From: Spirochaetota bacterium
GTDB taxonomy: Bacteria; Spirochaetota; UBA4802; UBA5550
Length of the DNA: 58,066 nt
Direction of reading: 5' to 3'
NCBI GenBank assembly: GCA_009787025.1
Contig: WRGT01000070.1
Span: 1-58,066, forward strand
Made by a program: the position numbers and the translations under genes. Shown one piece after another: positions 1 to 9,989 of this stretch (its first letter is position 1; each line of letters begins with the position of its first letter). The notes under the pieces are model-generated. The model was not told where the DNA came from. It saw only the letters and a list, made by a program, of their open reading frames with translations, and ran no database searches.

Positions 1-551
1 AGAAATTTTTTTCCCGCCTCAATTATCCATTCCAAAAATTCACGAAAAAGCGAAAACGGCGGGTTGGTGATGATCATATCGGCTTCATCCCTCAATTTTT
101 TTATCTCTTCGCTTCTAAAATCCCCATCGCCTTGTAAACGGGTTAAATGATTTCTATCGCTGGCAAGGAGCAATTCAACATCGGCTAAATCTACCGCTCC
201 ATCTTTATTCATGTCCGGGATTTCAGTGATTTCAATTTTATGCGGCTTTCTGGTAGTTTTATTTTCCTCGCTTTCATCTGGAAATAAAGACAGTTGCGTG
301 TTGGCAATTGGAGAACCTACATAACAGGTAGCAATAAGTTTTTTTAGTTTAAAACTGTGAAAACGCAAAGCAAAATATTTAAAGAAGTTACTTTCATAAG
401 GGTCATCGCAAGGGCATAGAATTGTTTTGCCACGGAAGACGTCGGGGTCAAATTCTAAATACGCTTGGACTTCTTTTTCGATGTCTGCCCACTGTGTATA
501 AAACTCATCATTTTTAGCATTTTTCGCCTGCGATAATTTACTGTTTGCCAC
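1..551 (-). CDS. N6-adenine DNA methyltransferase, M.EcoRI family (N-terminal ~183 codons; continues past the left edge of the window)
   Basis: Own minus-strand translation from GTG 551, with an in-frame TAA directly upstream: VANSKLSQAKNAKNDEFYTQWADIEKEV..ILCPCDDPYESNFFKYFALRF..KLKKLIATCYV..GDGDFRSEEI..DMIITNPPFSLFREFLEWI. It matches the DEFYTQ, CxCDDPxxSNFFKYF, GDGDFRS and NPPFSLFRE blocks I recall from M.EcoRI. It is absent from the ORF track because no stop lies inside the window. Confidence 0.8.
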   Translation of the reverse strand, partial: MANSKLSQAKNAKNDEFYTQWADIEKEVQAYLEFDPDVFRGKTILCPCDDPYESNFFKYFALRFHSFKLKKLIATCYVGSPIANTQLSLFPDESEENKTTRKPHKIEITEIPDMNKDGAVDLADVELLLASDRNHLTRLQGDGDFRSEEIKKLRDEADMIITNPPFSLFREFLEWIIEAGKKF

Positions 552-899
552 TTATTTCCAGCTCCCCTTTTCTTATAATTTATCAGCTTTCCCGCTTTCT
601 TATATTATATACATTTACTATACTTTTGTCAAGTATCTTTGCAAAAAAATTTATAGTAAGATGAAGATGTAAGCAACACAATACCTTTTTCGCTGTAAAA
701 AATGTAAAAATCATCATTTTTTTCGTGTAAAAAATGCTATAAGCAATATTTTTTTCTTGAAGAATTCAAACCTCAAAATGCCATTCGCGCTTCGCTTTCA
801 GATTACAGAAAAGAACCGTGGATGACGAACGTGCCGTTGTTTTTGATGGGAGAGTTTTTTAATTAGAAAACGATTGAATATGAAGAAAATTGACGGCGC

Positions 900-2741
900 T
901 CACCCATCCTCCGGCAGCTTCCTCACTCCGCCCTTATCTGCCGATGATGCAAGGAGCGCATAAACTTTAAGAGCATTTGAAATTTTTCTATCCCTGCCAT
1001 CCGGTTTAAATGCATGTTTGCCTTTAGATTCTTCTTTATCCCGTCTTTCGGAGATTTCACTTTCATCAACTAACATGTTGATTTTTCTTTCGGGAATATT
1101 TATCTCTATAATATCGCCGTTTTGTACTAAGGCGATGTTTCCTCCTGCAGCAGCTTCGGGCGATATATGACCGATTGATAATCCTGCTGTGCCGCCTGAA
1201 AATCTTCCATCTGTTATAAGCGCGCACTCTTTGCCAAGATGCATAGATTTTATATACGATGTCGGATATAGCATCTCCTGCATACCCGGTCCCCCCTTTG
1301 GACCTTCATAGCGTATTACAACAACATCTCCTGCCTTTATCTCTCCTCCAAGTATGGCGTCGCTTGCAGCCTCCTGCGATGAGTAAACCTTTGCCGGACC
1401 TGAAAATTTAAAGAGAGATTCATCAACTCCGGCAGTCTTAACAATACATCCGTTTGCAGCAATATTACCTGAAAGAACTGCAAGTCCGCCGTCAATATTA
1501 TAGCAGTGCTTAATATTTCTTATACAACCTGTTTCTCTGTTCGTATCAAGCTCGTCGTAATATTTTTCCTGAGATGCAAATTTTAAGTTTCTCCCGCTCC
1601 TGCCCGGGGCGCTTTTATATAATGACAGAGCCTCAGGGATTACGCTCTTTCTCATAATATCATATTTATCGAGAGTCTCTTTAAGCGACTGAGAGTCCAC
1701 CCTTGGTACATTTACATTGAGCAATCCTGCGCGGTCGAGTTCTCCCATTATTGACATTATACCTCCGGCTCTATTGACATCCTCCATGTGATAGTTTGAG
1801 CTGGGAGCAACCTTGCACAGATTGGGAATTTTGCGTGAAAGCATATCTATATCGCTCATAGTAAAATCTACCTCAGCTGCATCTGCAATTGCAAGGAGAT
1901 GAAGTACCGTATTGGACGATCCGCCCATTGCAATATCAAGAGACATTGCATTAAGAAATGAATCCCTTGAAGCGATTGATCTCGGTAAAACCGATCTGTT
2001 TTCTTTTTCGTAGTATTCTTTTGTTATGTTGATTATACATTTTACTGCAGATTCGGCCATCTTTTTTCTGTTGACATGTGTAGCTACAACGGTACCGTTC
2101 CCGGGCAGAGCCATGCCGAGCGCTTCTGTAAGAGAATTCATTGAATTAGCGGTAAACATCCCTGAGCATGAACCGCATGTAGGGCATGCCGATCTTTCTA
2201 ACTTCTCTATAAATTCGTCGGAAACCGAAGAGTCTGCGCTCATTACCATAGTATCAATGAGGTCATATTTTTTACCTTCATGTACGCCTGCCTCCATTGG
2301 TCCGCCGGAAATAAAGATTGTCGGTATATTAAGCCTCATAGCTGCCATGAGCATTCCGGGAACAATCTTATCGCAGTTTGGCATACATATCATTGCATCA
2401 ACTTTATGGGCATTGCACATATACTCAACGCTGTCGGCTATTATTTCCCTTGAAGGAAGCGAATAGAGCATTCCGTCATGTCCCATGGCTATTCCGTCAT
2501 CTATTGCAATAGTGTTAAATTCAGCGGCAAAGTATCCTTCATCTTCAATTAGTTTTTTTATCAGTCTGCCGATCTCATTAAGGTGTACATGACCCGGCAC
2601 AAGTTCTGTAAATGAATTTACAATTGCAATAATCGGTTTCCCAAACTGCTCCTCTTTCATTCCATTGGCTCTCCACAGGCTCCTTGCGCCTGCCATTCTT
2701 CTTCCTGAGGTTGTTATTTCGCTTCTTAATGGTATAGTCAT
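900..2741 (-). CDS. ilvD: dihydroxy-acid dehydratase
   Basis: 613-aa ORF. N-terminus [22 protein letters not shown], [12 protein letters not shown] and TDGRFSGGT blocks are typical of the IlvD/Edd family, and the length fits IlvD. Confidence 0.95.
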   Translation of the reverse strand: MTIPLRSEITTSGRRMAGARSLWRANGMKEEQFGKPIIAIVNSFTELVPGHVHLNEIGRLIKKLIEDEGYFAAEFNTIAIDDGIAMGHDGMLYSLPSREIIADSVEYMCNAHKVDAMICMPNCDKIVPGMLMAAMRLNIPTIFISGGPMEAGVHEGKKYDLIDTMVMSADSSVSDEFIEKLERSACPTCGSCSGMFTANSMNSLTEALGMALPGNGTVVATHVNRKKMAESAVKCIINITKEYYEKENRSVLPRSIASRDSFLNAMSLDIAMGGSSNTVLHLLAIADAAEVDFTMSDIDMLSRKIPNLCKVAPSSNYHMEDVNRAGGIMSIMGELDRAGLLNVNVPRVDSQSLKETLDKYDIMRKSVIPEALSLYKSAPGRSGRNLKFASQEKYYDELDTNRETGCIRNIKHCYNIDGGLAVLSGNIAANGCIVKTAGVDESLFKFSGPAKVYSSQEAASDAILGGEIKAGDVVVIRYEGPKGGPGMQEMLYPTSYIKSMHLGKECALITDGRFSGGTAGLSIGHISPEAAAGGNIALVQNGDIIEINIPERKINMLVDESEISERRDKEESKGKHAFKPDGRDRKISNALKVYALLASSADKGGVRKLPEDG

Positions 2742-2993
2742 TGAATCCTCTTGCGTTCGATTAATTTTATATTTTTCAATAAATACTTATTTTAAAAGAA
2801 TTTACATACTCAGTCGTGTCAAGATTTTTAGTAAAAATAGAATGATAGTATGGCAACAAATTTTTATAAAAGACTATTTTTTAATCGATTTTGATTCTGA
2901 TTATTGTTTAAATTGTAACCAAAGTTGACGATATATAACTAATTAAATTTATTTCTTACTTAGAAATGTTATAATATCTAATGAGGATTAATT

Positions 2994-3170
2994 ATGAAAA
3001 CAAAAAGCTCAGCCGAAACTCTTGAAAGCCTTCAATTAACTCTTAAGAAAAAAGAGCTGGAGGCTGCGACAGCAAAAGAGAAAGGACAAAAAAGCGTATA
3101 TAGTAATTTGCTATTAGAGATAAATCTGTTAAAGTCAAAAATTAAGAAGTTTTCTATGGGAAGTAAATAA
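2994..3170 (+). CDS. hypothetical small coiled-coil protein (58 aa)
   Basis: Own translation: MKTKSSAETLESLQLTLKKKELEAATAKEKGQKSVYSNLLLEINLLKSKIKKFSMGSK*. It is preceded by GAGGA 7 nt upstream of the ATG. Below the ORF-track size cut-off, and no homology recognised. Confidence 0.3.
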   Translation: MKTKSSAETLESLQLTLKKKELEAATAKEKGQKSVYSNLLLEINLLKSKIKKFSMGSK

Positions 3171-3525
3171 AGCCTTAATAAAAATTCCCCATCACTACTT
3201 GCAAGTTTTTGATAATTCTATTATATTGTAGAATATGAGGCGTTGTTGCTATAGAGGAAATTCTATATTATAATAGTATTTAATCATATATAAAATCCGT
3301 TCTTAACTAATATCATGTTTATTTTTATTGAAAAATTTTTCTCCATGCTGTCAGGTTATGTTGAATAAACACCTATGATTATTTTTATTGACAATCTTAA
3401 AGTTTTTTTTCTATTTATAGAGATTGATTCATGATATTAGATATCACTTTCGGTAAAATGACGTGTGGGTCCTAACGTAGCACTATAATAAAAATATAAA
3501 ATATTATATATAAGGATTTATTTTT

Positions 3526-4308
3526 TTGGAAAAGAAAGTTAAGAAAAGTACAACTAAAAAATCAGCTCCTAAAAAGGGCATAAAAAATCAGACACCTAAA
3601 AAACAGCATACACTTACTAAAACCGGTGTCAGGAATGGACCATTCTATGTTATTGTAATTATCATTTTAATAACAATAATTGTTCTTCTTATTAATAAAT
3701 TTTATGAAGGCGGGATGTTTAAACCTGATTTCGTTAAGCTGTCGGTTGACAAGACCATTCCTTCTAAAGAACCGGTTGAGTCATCAAAGAATATAGCAAC
3801 AGATCGTAATTCGGTTGATAAAAAAGATGCGAATAATACCGCATCAAAAATTGAAGATAAAAAGATTGATGATAAAAAAGCGGAAGCCGTTATTGCCTCC
3901 GATAGAGAAGTCTTGCTCTATTTCCTTCAATTTGATGAGAAGACTGAAAAAGTATCTCTGAAAACCGTGAAGAGAAAATTATCCGACAAGCAGATTCTTT
4001 CACAAACCTTGAGTCAGCTTATAAAGGGACCTTCTTCGTATGAAGAGGGTAAAGGCTATATATCAGCCGTACCCTCACACCTAAAGGTGAGGAATGTGAC
4101 TATGAATGGAAAGACCGCAGAGATAGATTTTAATAATGCAATAGAAGAGGGCGCAAGCGGAGATATACTGCTAAAGAGGATACAACAGATTGTCTATACT
4201 GCAACTCAGTTTGAAGATGTTGACAGCATTATAATAAAAATTAACGGGCAGAGAAGAAAGTCAATAGGCGGTGATGGCTTTTCAATCAGTGGTCCTTTGC
4301 GCAGGTGA
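3526..4308 (+). CDS. membrane-anchored GerMN (Germane) domain protein
   Basis: 260-aa ORF with a TTG start. It has a basic N-terminus, one TM helix (FYVIVIIILITIIVLLI) and a C-terminal block: LLYFLQFDEKTEKVSLKTVKR..LIKGPSSYEEGKGYISAVP..KTAEIDFN..ILLKRIQQIVYTATQF..VDSIIIKINGQ. That block is typical of the GerMN domain. Confidence 0.7.
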   Translation: MEKKVKKSTTKKSAPKKGIKNQTPKKQHTLTKTGVRNGPFYVIVIIILITIIVLLINKFYEGGMFKPDFVKLSVDKTIPSKEPVESSKNIATDRNSVDKKDANNTASKIEDKKIDDKKAEAVIASDREVLLYFLQFDEKTEKVSLKTVKRKLSDKQILSQTLSQLIKGPSSYEEGKGYISAVPSHLKVRNVTMNGKTAEIDFNNAIEEGASGDILLKRIQQIVYTATQFEDVDSIIIKINGQRRKSIGGDGFSISGPLRR

Positions 4309-4315
4309 TAAATAT

Positions 4316-4828
4316 ATGGAAATAGAGATTAAATGTTACTGCGATAATGATAATAATGTTAAAAAAAAATTAACTGAAATCGGCGCTCAATTTATAGATA
4401 GAAGATTTGAAAATGACATATATTTTAATCACCCGTCTAAAAATTTTGCAGATACCGATGAAGCATTAAGGCTTAGAACAATTGGGGAAAGAACTATAAT
4501 TACATATAAAGGTCCTAAGGTCAGTAAGATTAGTAAAGCCCGTATTGAATATGAAACAGAAGTGGAAGATTATCCTTCTATGAAGAATATTCTGCTGAAA
4601 CTTGGATTTGTTGAGAGCGGTATAGTTGAAAAGGAGAGACATAGATATTCGTTTAACGGAATGGAAATATCAATAGACTACGTTGAAGGTCTGGGAACAT
4701 TTGTCGAGATAGAGAAAATCGGAGAACTGAAAGAAGAGGCAGAGAAAGAGTTGTTCAACACTGCCGAAAGACTTGGACTCAACAATTTTGAAAGAAGATC
4801 TTATCTTGAATTAAAATATTTTTCATAG
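4316..4828 (+). CDS. CYTH-domain protein (class IV adenylate cyclase CyaB / triphosphate tunnel metalloenzyme)
   Basis: Starts MEIEIKCY (the ExExK signature of CYTH). Also has ALRLRTIG..TYKGPK and GTFVEIEK motifs. I prefer ATG 4316 over the track start 4271, which overlaps the upstream gene. Confidence 0.8.
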   Translation: MEIEIKCYCDNDNNVKKKLTEIGAQFIDRRFENDIYFNHPSKNFADTDEALRLRTIGERTIITYKGPKVSKISKARIEYETEVEDYPSMKNILLKLGFVESGIVEKERHRYSFNGMEISIDYVEGLGTFVEIEKIGELKEEAEKELFNTAERLGLNNFERRSYLELKYFS

Positions 4829-4847
4829 TATAATTGCAAGGAGCAAT

Positions 4848-6776
4848 ATGCGAAGATTTAAAGATTTTTTTAACTGCAAAATTAGCGCCATTATTAATCT
4901 TCTGTTATGGTCTCTTTTATTGGCAGTATATCTGCTGTATGACAGATTTAATGGAAGCATGGACAGATATTTTATTCTGACATATATCTATTTGTTTTTA
5001 TCTATAATTATTTCCACTGCTATACTATATTGTATTTTGAAATTATTTCTTGCTTTCTTTAGATATGGAGGATTGATTGCATATATAATATCAAGCGTTT
5101 TTATCACATTGATGTTTGTTATTAATAATATGACTGTAGTAATTTACGGCAAACAGCTTGGCGCTGAAGGTGTTGTAATGTCTTTTCGCGGATGGATTAA
5201 TGGAGAGTTGGGAAATCCTGCAGCTATTTTCATTAAGCTGATTGCATTTATTGTTATTTATATTCTTATATATTATGTAACATATTCATTATTAAATAGA
5301 TTCTTATTGGACAGTTTTGTCGGCTTCAATGTTTTAATCGGATCATTTTCAGTATTGATCCTTATTACTATTATTCTCCATTTTTCATTTGTATCTCTTG
5401 CCAATACGGACTGGAAGATGAATTTAATGAAGAATAAAATTCCATGGCAGTCAATGATTGGTTTTCCAACCGATCTTGTTAAGGTTGATGAGGATGGTAA
5501 AAGAGCAGGAGAGTTTCCCCGCCTTTTTGTAAATCCGGATTTTCTTGATGAGAAAACAGAGCTTGAACAACTGACGAAACTTAATGATGCAAAAGAAAAA
5601 ATTCTTTCACAAAATATAAATGTAAAAACTCCAATGAATATTCTTTTTATGAATATTGAGGGATTGAGAAGCGATATGCTCAATCCTGTTAATATGCCGT
5701 TCTTTTATAAATTTGCTAAAGAGAGGGGATTCATATTAAAGAAACATTATACAACAGGAAACAATACGCCCGGCAGCTTATACGGGATGCTGACTGGTCT
5801 TGCTCCATACTACTTTGAACCTTTGAGGGGGAATAGATTTTTAAACTTATCTCTCCATGCGCTTAAAAGAGCAGGATATTTTCAGTCATTTTATTATAAC
5901 TCGCCAATGCAATATGAATATATACATAGAGATATAATAGAAAAAACTCAAGACAGATTTGTAAGAGCCGAAGGCGGAAATGATAACTATTCTCCCAGAG
6001 AGAAAGTATTAATTGAAAAATTAATTAGCGATTTAAAAAATGATAAAGGCATAAAACGTTTTGACTATTACCTGATGAATGTTACTCATTTTAATTATTA
6101 TTATCCAGATGAGTGTAAAAAATTTCTTCCCGATTATACTTCGCACTTTACAATAATAAGCGGCACTCAAGAGAAATTTAAGAAAGACAGGATTGAACTT
6201 AAGAATAGATATATGAATGCAGTCTATTATACCGACCAGCTTCTTAGGAGACTTATTACAGAGATGGATAATATGGGTAAACTTAAAAATACAATCCTTG
6301 TTATTTCAGGCGATCATGGAGAGGAGTTTTGGGAACATGGCAGCTTTGGTCATACATGGGGTTTAAATAATATACAGATTATGCCCGCAGCAATAATATA
6401 TTATCCCGGCATAACAAGCAGTAGCATTAAGTATAAATATACTTCTCATCAGGATTTTATGCCGACAGTATTTGAATTAATAGGTCTTAATATTGACTGG
6501 AATCAATTTGTAACAGGGAAATCATTAATTCATTTTAATCCTGATCTTGATTATGCAATCTCGTCGCTTGGAATTCTTATGAGCTTTAAAAGAAACGGCT
6601 ATGCTATCATTGGTAATGGTTATAAAATATTATACAAGAACAACATGGATCTCAATACTTCGCCTTATGCTATATATGCCGACGATGATACGCCCATAGA
6701 AAATTTTGATACATATAAAATTGTAGATCTGCTGCTTAAGACAAAGAGTTCTAAAAGATTAAAACCGGCTCGATAG
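4848..6776 (+). CDS. membrane-bound sulfatase-like (alkaline-phosphatase superfamily) hydrolase/transferase, LtaS/phosphoglycerol-transferase-like
   Basis: 642 aa. N-terminal multi-TM region followed by an extracytoplasmic sulfatase-type domain (NILFMNIEGLRSD, TTGNNTPGSLYGMLTG, VISGDHGEEFWEHGSFGH). Confidence 0.75.
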   Translation: MRRFKDFFNCKISAIINLLLWSLLLAVYLLYDRFNGSMDRYFILTYIYLFLSIIISTAILYCILKLFLAFFRYGGLIAYIISSVFITLMFVINNMTVVIYGKQLGAEGVVMSFRGWINGELGNPAAIFIKLIAFIVIYILIYYVTYSLLNRFLLDSFVGFNVLIGSFSVLILITIILHFSFVSLANTDWKMNLMKNKIPWQSMIGFPTDLVKVDEDGKRAGEFPRLFVNPDFLDEKTELEQLTKLNDAKEKILSQNINVKTPMNILFMNIEGLRSDMLNPVNMPFFYKFAKERGFILKKHYTTGNNTPGSLYGMLTGLAPYYFEPLRGNRFLNLSLHALKRAGYFQSFYYNSPMQYEYIHRDIIEKTQDRFVRAEGGNDNYSPREKVLIEKLISDLKNDKGIKRFDYYLMNVTHFNYYYPDECKKFLPDYTSHFTIISGTQEKFKKDRIELKNRYMNAVYYTDQLLRRLITEMDNMGKLKNTILVISGDHGEEFWEHGSFGHTWGLNNIQIMPAAIIYYPGITSSSIKYKYTSHQDFMPTVFELIGLNIDWNQFVTGKSLIHFNPDLDYAISSLGILMSFKRNGYAIIGNGYKILYKNNMDLNTSPYAIYADDDTPIENFDTYKIVDLLLKTKSSKRLKPAR

Positions 6777-6931
6777 AGATTTTATAATAACGTTCAATTA
6801 AATAACGCACAATTAAACAATACACAATGAAAGAAAATAATGATTGAAAATTGGGCATGTATTATTGTTCATTGAATAAAATTGAGCGCTGAACACCGAA
6901 CACTGAACATTGAAAAAGAGGTATTGTTTAT

Positions 6932-8188
6932 ATGATAGATCCAAAGATAATAAGAGATGATATGGAATTGTTAAAGGCTCTGCTGATAAAGAGGAATATG
7001 GAGCAGGCAGTTGATTTGGATGAATTAAAAAGGATTGACGAAGAGAGGAGAGAACTCTCGCTAAAATCCGATGAGATAAGGGAGAAGAGAAATAAGCTGT
7101 CGAAAACAATAGGTCAGCTTAAATCGCAGGGTAAAGAAGCAGGCGATGCAATGAAAGAGGTACAAAATCTGGCAGATGAACTTAGTAAACACTCGGACAG
7201 ATTAAACGAACTTAACGGGAAGTTTTCCGACCTTCATCTCTCTATACCGAATATACTCGACAGCTCTGTTCCCGAAGGCAAGGATGAAAAGGATAATAAG
7301 ATTGTAAGGGAATGGGGTAAAAAACCGGAGTTTAACTTTGAGCCGCAGCCTCATTATGAGATAGGTACAAAACTGGGAATACTTGACTTTGAGAGAGGAG
7401 TAAAACTTGCAGGCGCCAGATTTTACATATACCACGGTCTTGCTGCTAAACTTGAAAGAGCTATAATAAACTTCATGTTAGACATTCATACAAAAGAGCA
7501 CGGCTATGAGGAGACTTTCGGTCCCTTTATAGTTAATGACGAAAGTATGACAGGTACGGGACAGTACCCTAAGTTTAAGGATGAATATTACAGAATGGAG
7601 AGGGACGGGCTTTCGCTAATACCTACTGCGGAGGTCACTCTTACAAACATATACAGGGACGAAATACTCGATGCCGAAATTTTACCCAAATACCTTGTAA
7701 TGCAGTCATCATGCTTTCGCCGCGAGGCAGGAGCTGCAGGACGCGACACAAGAGGTTTAGTTCGCGTTCATCAATTTCAGAAAGTCGAATTAGTAAAATT
7801 TGTTGAACCGGAAAAATCATTTGAGGAGCTTGAAAAGCTTACGCTCAATGCAGAGGAGATTTTAAAGAGACTAAACCTTCACTATAGAACTGTTCTGCTG
7901 TGCAGCGGCGACACATCGGCATCCTCTACAAAAACATATGACATCGAGGTATGGATGCCGGGCTTAAACAGATATATGGAGATTTCATCGTGCTCAAACT
8001 TCCTTGAATATCAGGCAAGGAGGGCTATGATAAGATATAAGAAGAGCGGAGGCAAGACGGCATACCTGCATACGCTCAACGGTTCGGGTCTTGCCGCAGG
8101 CAGAACTCTTGCCGCAATAATGGAAAACTATCAAACAGAAGACGGACAGATAGTTATACCTGACGCCTTAAAGAAATATATGCAGTAA
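6932..8188 (+). CDS. serS: seryl-tRNA synthetase
   Basis: 418 aa. N-terminal coiled-coil arm (MIDPKIIRDDMELL..) and class II motifs (FRREAGAAGRDTRGLVRVHQFQKVE, GSGLAAGRTLAAIMENYQ). AAGAGG SD upstream. Confidence 0.95.
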   Translation: MIDPKIIRDDMELLKALLIKRNMEQAVDLDELKRIDEERRELSLKSDEIREKRNKLSKTIGQLKSQGKEAGDAMKEVQNLADELSKHSDRLNELNGKFSDLHLSIPNILDSSVPEGKDEKDNKIVREWGKKPEFNFEPQPHYEIGTKLGILDFERGVKLAGARFYIYHGLAAKLERAIINFMLDIHTKEHGYEETFGPFIVNDESMTGTGQYPKFKDEYYRMERDGLSLIPTAEVTLTNIYRDEILDAEILPKYLVMQSSCFRREAGAAGRDTRGLVRVHQFQKVELVKFVEPEKSFEELEKLTLNAEEILKRLNLHYRTVLLCSGDTSASSTKTYDIEVWMPGLNRYMEISSCSNFLEYQARRAMIRYKKSGGKTAYLHTLNGSGLAAGRTLAAIMENYQTEDGQIVIPDALKKYMQ

Positions 8189-8192
8189 TAAA

Positions 8193-9170
8193 GTGAAGAC
8201 TATTGAAGTGAAGACCATTGAATTAAATACATATAATTGGCGTTATATAAGATTGGCTCTGACCCTTAGTCTGTTAAAGGGAGAGAGTGTTGTTATCAAA
8301 AACGGATTTGAATTTATTGAGAAGAACTATGATCTGTTACATCTGTTTAACAGCTTCAAAAAAATTGTATCTGATATCGGCGCTGGAATAATCAACAGCT
8401 CCGAGCGGGATATTATATTTAATCCCGAAGGTCTGTCCTGCAATATCTATAACTTTGACTGTGATGAATATTTACCAATATCCGAGATTGAACTTTTTTT
8501 AATGGCGCCGCTCTTTCATTCAGATTGCCGTTCTGTTATAAACTACAGAGGCGTAACTCACAGCCACCTTTCATATCCGACAACTGTTATTAAGACTACA
8601 TTCTTCGATTTTCTTGAAAGGTTAGGTTTTTACGGGAGCTTTAACTTAAAGCGCTTCGGATTCTATGGCTCCGGCGGAGGTATTGCAGAATCTAAAATTT
8701 TTCCTGCCGAGCCGAAGAGATGTGACGACCTCCTTTCTTTTAATGAATCCGGAGTTGACGGAGTTAAAATATTCATGGCAAAGATGAACATGGATATGGC
8801 TAATAGGGAAAAGGAGTTTATTGTTAAAAATACAGGGATTGATGAAAGTCGTGTGCAGATAATGGAGATTGTTGATGCGGACGGTTTCGGCAATTCTATT
8901 CAGGCATATACTGTGTGTAACGGAATAAGTGTTATTCTTGCAAAGGATATGGATATTTATAACAGCGCCGGTGATTTCATATTTGACGAGAGTAAATATT
9001 ACAAGGCTCTGTCAAACTTTGTTCAGGATGTAGGGTCCTTATCCAAGCTAAAAAAAATCCCTCAATGCTATGTTGAAGAGATACTCCCCTATATGTTAAT
9101 GACAGGTTCTGCAATAAATGACGAAATAAAGAATTTTCCCGCATATAGTATATGCAGGGAGTTTTTGTAA
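8193..9170 (+). CDS. divergent RNA 3'-terminal phosphate cyclase (RtcA/Rcl1)-like protein, probably non-catalytic
   Basis: 325 aa with a GTG start 4 nt after the serS stop. IRLALTLSLLKGESVVIKN, VINYRGVTHSHLSYPTT and LKRFGFYGSGGGIAESKIFP resemble RtcA blocks (ILRSALSLS..G.P..I.NIR; GGTD.P.AP; HGFYPAGGG). The N-terminal GGGQ block and the C-terminal nucleotidylated His context are not visible. Confidence 0.45.
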   Translation: MKTIEVKTIELNTYNWRYIRLALTLSLLKGESVVIKNGFEFIEKNYDLLHLFNSFKKIVSDIGAGIINSSERDIIFNPEGLSCNIYNFDCDEYLPISEIELFLMAPLFHSDCRSVINYRGVTHSHLSYPTTVIKTTFFDFLERLGFYGSFNLKRFGFYGSGGGIAESKIFPAEPKRCDDLLSFNESGVDGVKIFMAKMNMDMANREKEFIVKNTGIDESRVQIMEIVDADGFGNSIQAYTVCNGISVILAKDMDIYNSAGDFIFDESKYYKALSNFVQDVGSLSKLKKIPQCYVEEILPYMLMTGSAINDEIKNFPAYSICREFL

Positions 9171-9183
9171 TTTGATTTAAAAT

Positions 9184-9236
9184 GAGGCTGCTGAAAAAGT
9201 TTTTAGAACAGCCAAAGATGGCTGTTCCGCAGCCTC
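9184..9236. terminator. nested GC-rich hairpin between convergent genes (likely bidirectional terminator)
   Basis: Outer stem GAGGCTGC (9184-9191) pairs with GCAGCCTC (9229-9236). Inner stem GAACAGCC (9206-9213) pairs with GGCTGTTC (9220-9227). A/T runs lie on both sides. It sits between the 3' ends of 8193..9170 (+) and 9246..9764 (-). Confidence 0.6.
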
Positions 9237-9245
9237 GGAAAAATT

Positions 9246-9764
9246 TTATGGCACAAGGCTGCCGGTAGCAACTCCATTAACAAAAGTTACAGTTACTGTT
9301 CCAATCTTTAAACCACTACTATTTGCAAAATCATCCTCATCAAATGAAGGATTAGTCTTAGCATGTATGCTGAATACAACATTATTATTACCACTATAAG
9401 ATTGAAGATTCCCATTAATTGATACCCAAACCTTTAAGGTAACGCTGCCGCTTTCAACTTGACCACCGGTACCGTCTATGATCTTTGTGTCTTTTAAATA
9501 CCATCTGTCGATACTTGCAAAAGCAGCATATGCTTTGTCTTTGTTCGCATCCTCAAATCCAATTCCGGCAACATATTTAGTATTATGGCTGCCAAGACCT
9601 GTGATAGTCAGCTCTCCGATGGTAGTGGGAACGGTGGAAACTGTAGGATCGTCTGAATCGTCCGAACAACTGATCAGGACAAAACTAAATACCATCGCAA
9701 CAGCGATAGCCCCTAAAAAATTTTTCTTTAATAAACTAAAATTGTGTGTGTGTGTGTGAAACAA
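9246..9764 (-). CDS. lipoprotein of unknown function with a (CA)8 tract at its 5' end (candidate phase-variable)
   Basis: 172-aa ORF with signal peptide ..KKNFLGAIAVAMVFSFVLISC and a lipobox Cys. The in-frame start is only TTG 9764. A well-placed SD-ATG at 9792 is out of frame across the CA repeat (see findings). Confidence 0.65.
   Translation of the reverse strand: MFHTHTHNFSLLKKNFLGAIAVAMVFSFVLISCSDDSDDPTVSTVPTTIGELTITGLGSHNTKYVAGIGFEDANKDKAYAAFASIDRWYLKDTKIIDGTGGQVESGSVTLKVWVSINGNLQSYSGNNNVVFSIHAKTNPSFDEDDFANSSGLKIGTVTVTFVNGVATGSLVP
9743..9758. repeat. (TG)8 / (CA)8 dinucleotide repeat
   Basis: Counted directly from plus-strand tgtgtgtgtgtgtgtg, 9743-9758. Confidence 0.95.
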
Positions 9765-9989
9765 ACAGCCTTGGAAACAATTTCTTTAACATAACAAGCT
9801 CCTTATTATTAAATTTTTAATATAAAAATAACGTATATTCGCATGTAAGAATAAACTATTATTTTTTTAATAAAAAATGAAAAGCAATCAATTTTGCAAT
9901 AAAAAAATGGAAAAAAATGGAAAAAATGAAGGAAACTAATTAGGGCTCTGACCCCAAGGCTATCCGATTTTAACATATAAAAAACAGGT

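Noticed and set aside
2026-2466. Antisense ORFs nested inside long, well-supported genes. Examples: 2026..2466 in ilvD, 5273..5683, 7202..7435, 8663..8893, 14685..14906, 15288..15485, 23635..23892, 24575..25103, 29758..30116, 30579..30803, 31339..31554, 33401..33797, 34374..34595, 35641..35910, 36802..37306, 40913..41276, 46553..46963, 50922..51388, 55203..55454, 57536..57721.
   Set aside because: Each lies opposite or out of frame within a gene that has clear family motifs. The translations are low-complexity with no recognisable domain. Such shadow ORFs are expected by chance.
6813-7109. Minus-strand ORF overlapping the serS start and upstream repeat.
   Set aside because: It is antisense to serS and to the TGAACA word repeat (..NVQCSVFSAQ..). 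This is a typical spurious translation of a repeat.
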